DNA of 64,000 nucleotides from an uncultured Christensenella sp. GTDB lineage: Bacteria > Bacillota > Clostridia > Christensenellales > CAG-138. The notes below the pieces were generated by a model that had not been told where the DNA came from, did not search any database, and was given only the letters and a program-made list of their open reading frames with translations. Numbering within the stretch: position 1 is the first letter of the stretch; every line of letters begins with the position of its first letter. This document shows positions 34,714 through 43,190 of the stretch, piece after piece. The position numbers and the translations under genes are program-made. Location of the stretch: positions 265 through 64,264 of the forward strand of contig CAYRQM010000005.1 of the NCBI GenBank assembly GCA_964426415.1, written 5' to 3'.

Positions 34714-37700
34714 TTAGTTGTATCTGCGGCGGAGCACCAGGGCAAGGCCGAGGATTGCCAGAACCGCGATGCCTGCAAAGACCACGACGTAGCTCTGCGC
34801 TTCGCCCGTCTTTGCCAGAATGCGGATGGCCTGCGTTGCGGCGTCGATGGTATCCTGCGTGGCGTTTGCATTTGCAAGCTCTGCCAGTGCGGCTTCGAGT
34901 GCCAAGTTCCACTTCTCACGCAGACCTGCGGAGAAGTTTGCAGACTGGTCGGAGCCCAACACATCCTGTGCGTAGGTGATGGCGGATTGCAGCGAGGTGT
35001 AATCCAGCGCGCCTGCCGTCAGCAGTGTCCAGTAGCTGTCTACGCCTGCAAGCGGCTTGTCGTACGGGGTGACCGTACCCTTTGCCTGAATGTATTCGCA
35101 GATCAGGGTGGGAACCGGTGCGTGCTGGTCGCCGAGGAAGGACGAAGCCGTCCAGCAGCAATCGTCGCCCGTCAGACCCGTCGCTTCTACGAAGCCGTAG
35201 CCGCCGCCGATGCGGTAGCTGTTCATCGCAACACGGATGATGCCTGCGTAGGTCTTGAGGTCTTCGCCCATGTACTGTGCCTTGACAAGACGTTCGCCCT
35301 TTGCCTTGGTCAGATCGATGGTGTAGTCGACGCCATAGAAGGTATCAACGCCATAGATGCTGGTGTTCAGCGAGATCTTGCCCGTTTCGGCATTGTAGTC
35401 GTACATGTCGGCAACGGTGTTCATCCAGTTCCAAAGCTGTTCGCCCGTGAAGTCGCAGGCAACCAGCAGGTTGTTGGAGTACCGATACAGACGGGAAACA
35501 TCCAGCAGCGATACGGTGTCGCCATCCTGCGGGACGTAGGACAGCTTGCCATTTACTTTGCCAAAGACCGGCGATGCGATGGAGACCGTCGCGCCCGCGA
35601 TGCCCTTGGATTCGTAGCTCTGCCAAGTCGCCCAGATCTGTGCCTTGTGGATCAGGTTGAGCAGGTAGGTCTCAGACATGACCATATCGACGTCGGACTT
35701 GCCGGTCGCCTGTGCTTGGATTGCTTCGTTGCTCCAGCCGCCCGAGAATGTGCCGACCGACTGTGCTGCCCATGCACGCGCATTGTCAAACCAAGTTTGC
35801 AGTGCGCTCTGCAGGGTGGTGTCCACTGCGCCGTCGCTGATATTGAGCGCGGAGGTGGTGACCGTGTAGTCGGCAACGTTGCCTTCTGCATCGAAGGTCA
35901 CGGCGAATTCCGCCTTGGCGATGGTGCTGCAGCCGCCGTTGATCACGGGGATCGTCTTGCCTGCTGCATCCACAACCGTGGTCAGAACGGGGCTGTGGTC
36001 GTGGCCGAAGCTGTACAGCGCAACGCCGGATGCCCGTGCTGCACCGAACAGACCCTGAGACTCCAGAGAAGTGGAGGCTTCGGAATTGACGCCGGTGCCC
36101 GTATGGGCGCTGACGATGATGATGTCTACGTCCTCGTTGGCGTTGACATAGGCGACCCACTTGTTGATTTCGTTCTGGAATGCGCGGGTTGCATTGTCGG
36201 CGCTGTGGAACTGGAGGTTCGGGAAGTTCTGAGAAGAATCCCAAGTGTCGCAGGCTGCGTTCTCGAAGCCGATGACGGCGACGCGAACCTTGTTGCCCGA
36301 TGCGCTTGTGAACTCTTTGATGGTGTATGGATCGTAGAAGGTGCTGCCCGCCGCAACGGTTTCGCCTGCCAAGTTGGTGCCTTCCGCAACCAGCGTGACG
36401 TTGGCTGCCAGCACGTCGATGCCCGCATCTTCAAGGAGCTTCATCTGGGTGTCGCGCACGGTGGGCAGATAGTTGAACTCGTGGTTACCCAGAACGAATG
36501 CGTCATAGCCCATGTACTTGAGGGCGGTGGTCATCGGGTTCTCCTCGGTGTTCTTGATGGTGGCAGCGTACTGCGCCAACAGGTTGCCTTGGTAGGTGTC
36601 GCCGTTGTCCACGGTGATGGTGTTCGCACCATACTGCGCTCTGTCCGCCGTCAGGACGGATGCGGTACGCACCATGGAGTTGCCGTCATTCGCGTTGGTG
36701 GAGACGTCCAGCTCGGTCGAACGGCCGTGCATGTCGGTGGTCTCATAGTAGGCGAACGTCATGCTGCGCACGACTTTGAAGTTGCTCTCGATGACGGGAG
36801 AGATGGTGCCTTGCGTGCGGATGTACTCTGCAAGCAGGTTCCGAACCTGACCCTTGTCCTCGCCCTGCTCCATGTCGTACTGCGTGGAGTAGTTGACGCG
36901 GGACTCGTCGGACGGCTCCATGGTGGAGACGTTCTCAATGTAGTGACCGCCGCCGGTGAAGCGGTAGTTGTTGATGGCGACTTGGTAGGTGGTATCCATA
37001 CCGATCGGTGCGCCATTGTACTGCAAGTCGTAGATACGGCTGCCGACAGGCTCGTCCACATGGACTTCATAGTAGACGCCGGGGCCGTACAGTGTGTCGC
37101 AGTAGATGCCGCCGCCGGAGATGGAGCCGTCTGCCTTGCCCGTGTACTTCGTTGCGGCATACTCGAGCCATTCTTTGATTTCGGCGCCCGTCATGTCGAT
37201 GTTGTACAGCCAGTTCTCATAGATGTAGAGCTGGAAGGTGTTGCCCAGCGTGATCTGGCCTGCTGCGATGACGTCGCCCGAGTTGTTGTTCAGCGGCGCG
37301 GACAGCGACATCTGTGCGTCCGTCGCAGCAAGCTGCACACGGTTGACCAAATCGAGGAATGCGTTCGGCTCGGTCATGTTGCCGGGGGCAGTGAACGCGG
37401 CGGTGGCGGTGCCCAGAACTTGGTTGAGGTATGAATCCCAAACTTCGGTTTCATAGGGCTGCAGCGCAGCGGTGAGGGTGGCGTCCTTGGCTTCGGTCTT
37501 GGCGACGGCGATGTTCTGTGCGCTGACCGTCACTTCGTTGGTCTCGGTGTTGTATTCCAAGGTGGCTTCGCCCAACTGCTTTGCCTTTGTGCCGCTTTGC
37601 AGAACGGTGACAGGATCGCCGTTCTTGTTGTTGATGGTGGTGACATTGGTGGAATGCGCATGGCCGCCCAATACCAGGTCGATGCCTTCGGTCTGGCTGA

Positions 37701-38499
37701 TCAACGCGCGAATCTGGCTTTCCCAGCTGCCCTCATAGTAGAGGCCTTCGCCTGCGGTGATGGTGCCGTCCGCTTCGACCAGCGTGGTCGCGGATTCGAT
37801 GCCGGAATGGCAAGCGGCAACGACGATGTCGCAGCCTTCGTCATTCTTGAGGATGTCGGCATAATGATTCCAAGTGTTGATGAAGCTCTTGAATTCGATG
37901 CCTTCCCAGTTTGCGGGCTTGTCCCAAGTGGGGATGTTCGGCGTGTTCAAGCCGATGATGCCCACGCGGATGCCATCGAACTCACGGACGATGTAGTTGC
38001 CGAAGTAGGGCTCGTACGTCGTGGAATCGGTCTTGACAAAGTTTGCTGCCAAAACCGCGACTTGGCTCTCATCCGCAGTGGATGCCGCAGTCGCCTGCGC
38101 AACCTGACGGTTGAGGATGTCCAAACCATAGTTGAACTCGTGGTTGCCCAAGACCCATGCGTCGTAACCCATCGTACGCAGCGTCTTCACGGCAGGATCC
38201 TCTACTTCGGGCTTGTAGAACGCGTAGTAGTACGTCAGCGGCGTGCCTTGAATCAGGTCGCCGTCGTCGATCAGGATCACGTTGTCGTTTGCGGCACGGA
38301 TCTCTGCGACCTTCGCGGCAACGCGGGTCAAGCCCGTATCCGCCGCACCGGTGCTGTAATTGGAGCCAAAGAGCGCGCCGTGTACGTCGCTGGTCAGAAG
38401 AACCTTGATCGTAACGGTAGACGGTTCGGCGACAGAGATGCTCGGAATGAATGCGCAGAGCATCAGCAGTGCCAACAGGATGCCAAAGAATCTTTTCAT
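34714..38499 (-). CDS. cell-wall-anchored bifunctional metallophosphatase/5'-nucleotidase (YfkN-like double unit)
   Basis: Signal peptide MKRFFGILLALLMLCAFIPSISVAEP. Two complete calcineurin-like units are present: DVHG/GDLIQG/GNHEFNYG/GGHAHS, and again DMHG/NGDTYQGN/GNHEFNY/GHDHS. Each is followed by a 5'-nucleotidase C-domain. The C-terminus has LAKTGE, a hydrophobic stretch and RRRYN, which is an LPXTG-like sorting signal. Confidence 0.88.
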   Translation of the reverse strand: MKRFFGILLALLMLCAFIPSISVAEPSTVTIKVLLTSDVHGALFGSNYSTGAADTGLTRVAAKVAEIRAANDNVILIDDGDLIQGTPLTYYYAFYKPEVEDPAVKTLRTMGYDAWVLGNHEFNYGLDILNRQVAQATAASTADESQVAVLAANFVKTDSTTYEPYFGNYIVREFDGIRVGIIGLNTPNIPTWDKPANWEGIEFKSFINTWNHYADILKNDEGCDIVVAACHSGIESATTLVEADGTITAGEGLYYEGSWESQIRALISQTEGIDLVLGGHAHSTNVTTINNKNGDPVTVLQSGTKAKQLGEATLEYNTETNEVTVSAQNIAVAKTEAKDATLTAALQPYETEVWDSYLNQVLGTATAAFTAPGNMTEPNAFLDLVNRVQLAATDAQMSLSAPLNNNSGDVIAAGQITLGNTFQLYIYENWLYNIDMTGAEIKEWLEYAATKYTGKADGSISGGGIYCDTLYGPGVYYEVHVDEPVGSRIYDLQYNGAPIGMDTTYQVAINNYRFTGGGHYIENVSTMEPSDESRVNYSTQYDMEQGEDKGQVRNLLAEYIRTQGTISPVIESNFKVVRSMTFAYYETTDMHGRSTELDVSTNANDGNSMVRTASVLTADRAQYGANTITVDNGDTYQGNLLAQYAATIKNTEENPMTTALKYMGYDAFVLGNHEFNYLPTVRDTQMKLLEDAGIDVLAANVTLVAEGTNLAGETVAAGSTFYDPYTIKEFTSASGNKVRVAVIGFENAACDTWDSSQNFPNLQFHSADNATRAFQNEINKWVAYVNANEDVDIIIVSAHTGTGVNSEASTSLESQGLFGAARASGVALYSFGHDHSPVLTTVVDAAGKTIPVINGGCSTIAKAEFAVTFDAEGNVADYTVTTSALNISDGAVDTTLQSALQTWFDNARAWAAQSVGTFSGGWSNEAIQAQATGKSDVDMVMSETYLLNLIHKAQIWATWQSYESKGIAGATVSIASPVFGKVNGKLSYVPQDGDTVSLLDVSRLYRYSNNLLVACDFTGEQLWNWMNTVADMYDYNAETGKISLNTSIYGVDTFYGVDYTIDLTKAKGERLVKAQYMGEDLKTYAGIIRVAMNSYRIGGGYGFVEATGLTGDDCCWTASSFLGDQHAPVPTLICEYIQAKGTVTPYDKPLAGVDSYWTLLTAGALDYTSLQSAITYAQDVLGSDQSANFSAGLREKWNLALEAALAELANANATQDTIDAATQAIRILAKTGEAQSYVVVFAGIAVLAILGLALVLRRRYN

Positions 38500-38580
38500 A
38501 CTTTCCTCCTATTAAGGTATTTCAATACCCGCCGTATCAACATAAATGATGAAGCCAACTTGACGGATACATCCGTTCAC

Positions 38581-38609
38581 ATTATAGCACAAGCTCCCCC
38601 CTGTGGCAA
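38581..38609 (-). promoter_or_regulatory. sigma-A promoter of the nucleotidase gene
   Basis: Minus strand reads TTGCCA (38604-38609), 17-nt spacer, TGcTATAAT (-10 at 38581-38586). Confidence 0.6.
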
Positions 38610-38617
38610 GCAAACGC

Positions 38618-38631
38618 GAAGATATATCTTC
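38618..38631. promoter_or_regulatory. perfect 14-bp palindrome, candidate regulator site
   Basis: GAAGATATATCTTC, 8 nt upstream of the -35 of the nucleotidase promoter. Confidence 0.35.
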
Positions 38632-38742
38632 ATAAAAATGCAACAATTCTGTTTAAATCTGTCGTTTCCCCTTGCGCCGCGTATTTGTGCCACGGCGAAC
38701 CGCACAGAAACGTGCTGCGGCGGGAATTTGCGTGTGTAATGG

Positions 38743-38865
38743 ATGTGCAGCGCAGATGTCGACCAAGACGGCGTCTTGACCGCGAACGACGCAAAGTGCA
38801 TCCTGCAGTACATCATGGGGGCGGTTGGTCGGCATAGCAAAACCCTGCAAAGCGGGACGGTCTGA
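38743..38865 (+). pseudogene. orphan dockerin half-module (gene relic)
   Basis: 40-codon ORF MCSADVDQDGVLTANDAKCILQYIMGAVGRHSKTLQSGTV. DVDQDGVLTAND fits the dockerin/EF-hand Ca loop D-x-D/N-x-D-G-x5-D, followed by the helix AKCILQYIMG. An in-frame TAA lies 2 codons upstream. There is no first dockerin repeat and no catalytic module. Confidence 0.45.
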
Positions 38866-38880
38866 CCGTCCCTTTTCCTT
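38854..38880 (+). terminator. rho-independent terminator overlapping the end of the dockerin relic
   Basis: GGGACGG-tctga-CCGTCCC followed by TTTTCCTTT. Confidence 0.7.
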
Positions 38881-38942
38881 TGCAAAATGGGCGGATTCGG
38901 CGCATTTTTCGCAATATTATCCCCCAAAACTGTTCACAAAGA

Positions 38943-38985
38943 CAACGTAGTTTGTTCAAATGAAGCTGATAGAATGGCTATGTTG
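38943..38985 (+). promoter_or_regulatory. putative promoter of beta-propeller paralogue 1 with direct hexamer repeats
   Basis: TTCACA-5 nt-AACGTA-5 nt-TTCAAA-9 nt-TAGAAT, with a TGa extended -10. The -10 is at 38980-38985. Confidence 0.4.
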
Positions 38986-39069
38986 GAATAGAATGGTATT
39001 CTGTAATTGCACCGTTTCCGCTCTTTTCCAACCCAAGATATTGACGTAAGAAAGGGCATCTTCCCCAAA

Positions 39070-40848
39070 ATGCAGGTATTCAGACGGATCAAAGTTCTGA
39101 CACTGGTCACCATTTGCCTCCTTTCGACACTATTTTTTGCGTGCCAAAAAGACACGCCAAACAGCGGCGTCGAAGCGGCGACGCCCACGCCCTTGCAGCA
39201 GACGAACGAGCCGATCACCATCGCGGTTGTGACTGCCGTTCCCACCGAAGCGGCGCCCACGCTGCTTGCGACGCCTTCGCCCGTTCCCACCGATACGCCC
39301 GCGCCCACCGCGCTTGAAACGCCCCACATGACGACCGTGTCCGACCCTGCAAATTGGTCTTACACTTGGAAGCTGATGGTCAACGGCGTGGAAACGGACG
39401 CCTACACCCGCACCGACGCCATCTCCTTTGGCGGCGGCGATACCTATGCCGCGCTGCCGGGCGTGCTCACGCTGCGCGGCTCCAACTACCGCACCAACGC
39501 CGCATACGGCACGGCAGCCATTACCGAAGGCAAGCTGTCGTCCATTTGGTCGGTCGATACGGGACGCTTGGCAAAGAGCAGCTCCGGCTCGTGGACGGGC
39601 AGCGGTTGGACGGGACAATGCCTGATGGTGCAGTGGCCCGACGAAACCAAGCAAATCATGAATCTATACGACGACGCCAAGCAAAAGGACGGGCTCATCG
39701 AGGTCATATACGCCACGATGGACGGCAACGTCTACTTTTTGGACGCCGAAACGGGCAAAGCCACCCGCGACAAGCTGGTGGTGGGCATTCCCTTTAAGGG
39801 TGCGGGCGCGCTGGATCCACGCGGCTGGCCCATACTCTATTTGGGCACGGGCGATTCCTATTCCACCGACGCCAAGAAGGGGCGTGCGATGGCGTACAGC
39901 CTCATTGACTATACGCGGTTGATTGAGGTGGGCAAGGATCACGACAGCTTTTCGCTGCGCAACTGGCACGCCTATGACAGCTCCGTCTTGGTGGACGCCG
40001 AAACGGACACGCTGATCGTGCCGGGTGAAAACGGCATTCTGTATACGGTGCATCTGAACACCAAGTACGACCCCGCGGCGGGCACGCTGACGATGAACCC
40101 CGACGAGATCGTCAAGCAGCGCTACGACGCCAAGCGGCTGGGGCCCGATCGGGACGGCAAGTATTGCTACGGCTACGAATCCAGTGCGGTGACGTGGCAA
40201 AACTACTGCTATCTTTGCGATAACGGCGGGTTCATGCGCTGCATCGACCTCAATTCCATGGAAACGATTTGGGTGGCAGACCTATTTGACGACACCAACT
40301 CGACGCCCGCCTTTGAAGCGACGGCGGCGGGCAATTTCCTGTACGTCGGCAACACGGTGGATCGCACCACCTCGAACGGCAAGGGCGTTTCGACCTTCTT
40401 CAAGATTAACGCCATGACGGGCGAAACGGTTTGGACGTTTACACACACCGTCACCACCGACGGACACATCACGGGCGGCTGCATGAGCAGCGCGGTGCTG
40501 GGCGAGGGCAGTCTTTCGGGGCTGGTCTTTACCGGCTTTGCCAGCTCTACGGGCGAACGGGAGGGCATCGTCTACGCGCTTCGCACAAGCGACGGCAGCG
40601 TGGCATGGGAATACAAGCTCTCCACCTACACTTGGAGCTCCCCCATCGTCTTGTATACGGACGACGGAACGGGCTATCTGTTCATCACCGACCAGCAGGG
40701 CGTGGCAGTTTTGCTGCGCGCTGCGGACGGCACACTCGTCACTTCTCTCAAGCTCTCCGAAAATATCGAAGCATCACCTTGTGCTTTCGGCGGGCTGATT
40801 GTGATCGGCACGCGGAACCAACACATTCTCGGCATCCGCGTTTCCTGA
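39070..40848 (+). CDS. secreted PQQ-like beta-propeller repeat lipoprotein, paralogue 1
   Basis: MQVFRRIKVLTLVTICLLSTLFFAC lipobox and a Pro/Thr/Ala linker. Propeller-type repeats are present (MDGNVYFLDAETG, DNGGFMRCIDLNSMETIWVAD, SDGSVAWEY, ADGTLVTS). It aligns by eye with the next two genes. Confidence 0.8.
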   Translation: MQVFRRIKVLTLVTICLLSTLFFACQKDTPNSGVEAATPTPLQQTNEPITIAVVTAVPTEAAPTLLATPSPVPTDTPAPTALETPHMTTVSDPANWSYTWKLMVNGVETDAYTRTDAISFGGGDTYAALPGVLTLRGSNYRTNAAYGTAAITEGKLSSIWSVDTGRLAKSSSGSWTGSGWTGQCLMVQWPDETKQIMNLYDDAKQKDGLIEVIYATMDGNVYFLDAETGKATRDKLVVGIPFKGAGALDPRGWPILYLGTGDSYSTDAKKGRAMAYSLIDYTRLIEVGKDHDSFSLRNWHAYDSSVLVDAETDTLIVPGENGILYTVHLNTKYDPAAGTLTMNPDEIVKQRYDAKRLGPDRDGKYCYGYESSAVTWQNYCYLCDNGGFMRCIDLNSMETIWVADLFDDTNSTPAFEATAAGNFLYVGNTVDRTTSNGKGVSTFFKINAMTGETVWTFTHTVTTDGHITGGCMSSAVLGEGSLSGLVFTGFASSTGEREGIVYALRTSDGSVAWEYKLSTYTWSSPIVLYTDDGTGYLFITDQQGVAVLLRAADGTLVTSLKLSENIEASPCAFGGLIVIGTRNQHILGIRVS

Positions 40849-40869
40849 TCGTTTTATTCGGAGGTATCT

Positions 40870-42702
40870 ATGGAACAAATACAAAAACGGAAGAAAAGGA
40901 GAAAAGTAGCACCGCGGTTTTATGTCATCGTCACCCTGTTTCTCGTGTTGATTATCGGGCTGACGGTCTTGCTGGGCTGGATGATTTCCCAAATGCCCGG
41001 CTGCAGCGGACGCACCGATTCGGACAATCCGCTGTCCAGCGCCAAAGGAACCAGCTCGGCGCCGACGCCCGCCGTGGACGAATCGGGCAATCCCATCACC
41101 CCCTCCCCCAGTCCGACGCCCGTGCCGACGCCGCACATGGTGTCCGCGTCCGACCCGTCGCAGTATGGCTACACCGCCCATCTTGAGGTGAACGGTTCGG
41201 AAATCAGTGCCACCGGCTATGTGCGCACGGCGACCATCACCTTCCCTGCCGCCGCCGACTACTATGCCGACACCGTGGACGGCGTCCTCACGTTCCGTGG
41301 GAACAATTTCCGCAACAGCGCGTCGGCAGGTACGCTGCATCTGACCGAGAAGCGTTTGGAAACCATTTGGGACAAGACCATCGGCGCCTTGCAAAAGGGC
41401 AGTTCGTCCGGTTCTTGGTCGGGCTGCGGCTGGACGGGACAGCCGTTGATCGTGCATTGGTCGGAAGCGACGCGCAACACGCTCAACCGCAACGACTTCG
41501 CCAAAAACAAAGATTTGGTCGAGGTCATCTACCCGACGGAGGACGGCAAAATCTACTTCTTGGATTTGGAAACGGGTGTGGAAACGCGTGCGCCCATCAC
41601 GATGAACGTGCCCTTTAAGGGCACGGGCAGCATCGACCCGCGCGGCTATCCGCTGCTGTACATCGGTTCGGGCGACGAATACGAATCCGACAGTCAGAAG
41701 TCCCGCGCCTACATCATCAGCCTGATCGACGGCAGTGTGCTGTACGAATTCGGCAAGCAGGGCACGGACAGCTTTGCAAAGCGCAACTGGTACGCCTACG
41801 ACTCCGCGCCGCTGATTGACGCGACGACGGACACGCTCATCTATCCCGGTGAGAACGGCGTCATCTATACCATGAAGCTGAACACGTCGTACGATCCCGC
41901 CACGGGAACGCTGCGCGTCAATCCGGACAACGTGGTCAAGTTCCGCTACGACAGCTACAATTCCTACACCGAAATCGACGTGGCGGACTCCTCCCACAAA
42001 TGGCTGGGCTATGAGGGCAGCGCGTCGGCTTGGAACGGGTTTTTGTACCTGTCCAGCAACGACGGCCTGTTCCAATGCATCAACCTGAACACCATGCAGA
42101 TCGTGTGGGTGGCGGACACCCAAGACGACACCAACGGCAGCCCCGTCTTGGACGTCATCTCCGAGACCGAAGCGTACCTGTATGTGGGCACGTCGCTGCA
42201 CTTCAACAAGGACGGCAACGGCAAGGGCATCGCCCCGTTCTTCAAAATCAACGCCATGACGGGCGAAATCGTCAAGCAGTACGGGCTCACCGTGCACACT
42301 GTTTCGGGCGTGTCGGGCGGCATTCAATCCACCGCCGCCGTGGGCAGGGCGGGCAGCAACATCTCCGATTTGGTGTTCATCTCCATTGCGCGCTACCCCG
42401 ACCGCGATACGGGCGTGCTGGTAGCGTTAGATAAGGAAACCTTTGAGGTGCGCTGGAAGATGGACATGGCGTGTTACAGCTGGTCGAGCCCCGCCGTCGT
42501 CTATACGAGCAACAACGAAGGGTATGTGCTGCAGGCGGATTCGGGCGGCAACATCTTCCTACTGGATGGCGCCACCGGCGCCGTGCTGGACACCGTCGCA
42601 CCCACCGACAGCAATTTCGAAGCGTCGCCAGCCGTGTACGGCAACATCTTGGTGTTGGGCTGCCGCGGCGATCAGCAAATCTTCGGCATTCGCCTGTCGT
42701 AA
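40870..42702 (+). CDS. membrane-anchored PQQ-like beta-propeller repeat protein, paralogue 2
   Basis: ATG 6 nt after GGAGG. Basic N-terminus MEQIQKRKKRRKVAPR plus a TM helix FYVIVTLFLVLIIGLTVLLGWMI, then a linker and the same conserved blocks as paralogue 1. Confidence 0.85.
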   Translation: MEQIQKRKKRRKVAPRFYVIVTLFLVLIIGLTVLLGWMISQMPGCSGRTDSDNPLSSAKGTSSAPTPAVDESGNPITPSPSPTPVPTPHMVSASDPSQYGYTAHLEVNGSEISATGYVRTATITFPAAADYYADTVDGVLTFRGNNFRNSASAGTLHLTEKRLETIWDKTIGALQKGSSSGSWSGCGWTGQPLIVHWSEATRNTLNRNDFAKNKDLVEVIYPTEDGKIYFLDLETGVETRAPITMNVPFKGTGSIDPRGYPLLYIGSGDEYESDSQKSRAYIISLIDGSVLYEFGKQGTDSFAKRNWYAYDSAPLIDATTDTLIYPGENGVIYTMKLNTSYDPATGTLRVNPDNVVKFRYDSYNSYTEIDVADSSHKWLGYEGSASAWNGFLYLSSNDGLFQCINLNTMQIVWVADTQDDTNGSPVLDVISETEAYLYVGTSLHFNKDGNGKGIAPFFKINAMTGEIVKQYGLTVHTVSGVSGGIQSTAAVGRAGSNISDLVFISIARYPDRDTGVLVALDKETFEVRWKMDMACYSWSSPAVVYTSNNEGYVLQADSGGNIFLLDGATGAVLDTVAPTDSNFEASPAVYGNILVLGCRGDQQIFGIRLS

Positions 42703-42723
42703 CAAAAGAGCCAAACCAAATGG

Positions 42724-42755
42724 GGCTGCAGCAAGAAACGTTGCAGCCTTATTTT
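42724..42755 (+). terminator. rho-independent terminator after paralogue 2
   Basis: GGCTGCA-gcaagaaacgt-TGCAGCC followed by TTATTTT. Confidence 0.6.
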
Positions 42756-42893
42756 GCGAATACCCGTGTACACGGTTTTCGGGGAAGATGCGCAAATAAC
42801 GCTCCATCTGTCATCCTGAGGCTGCGCCCAAGGATCTCGAACGCAAACGGGAGATTCTTCGGCACTTCGTGCCTCAGAATGACCCAGCGGCTT
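42751..42893 (+). repeat. mosaic intergenic repeat, copy C
   Basis: Box ATTTTGCGAATACCCGTGTACACGG at 42751-42775. Hairpin module GTCATCCTGAGGC...GCCTCAGAATGAC at 42810-42893. Confidence 0.85.
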
Positions 42894-43190
42894 GGTGTTA
42901 CTTCCGTAAACAAGTTTCTTGCTATGATGGCGGCTTCGCCGCCGAATTGTTCGGCGGCGCTTTGCGCACGCCGAGGCGCTTCGCTTATTATGAGCGACGG
43001 TATTTCCCCGTGCGCGGGGAAAACCGCGCTGTTCGTCGCTTTGCTCCTCGGCGATGCTTCGCATCGCTCCCGTACCTTTGCAGGGTTACGCGCACACGCG
43101 GAATGTTCGCCGCGTCCCGCGGCTCCATTCGACAGCGGTATGGGTTTCTCGGTCGCGCTGCGACCTACGAAGCCGCCCGAACCTTCCCAG

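Noticed and set aside
34651-37434. 927-aa ORF on the plus strand
   Set aside because: It lies entirely antisense to the nucleotidase gene, whose product has clear catalytic motifs. Its translation is low-complexity and rich in Gly/Ala/Arg/Val. This is a typical shadow ORF of GC-rich DNA.
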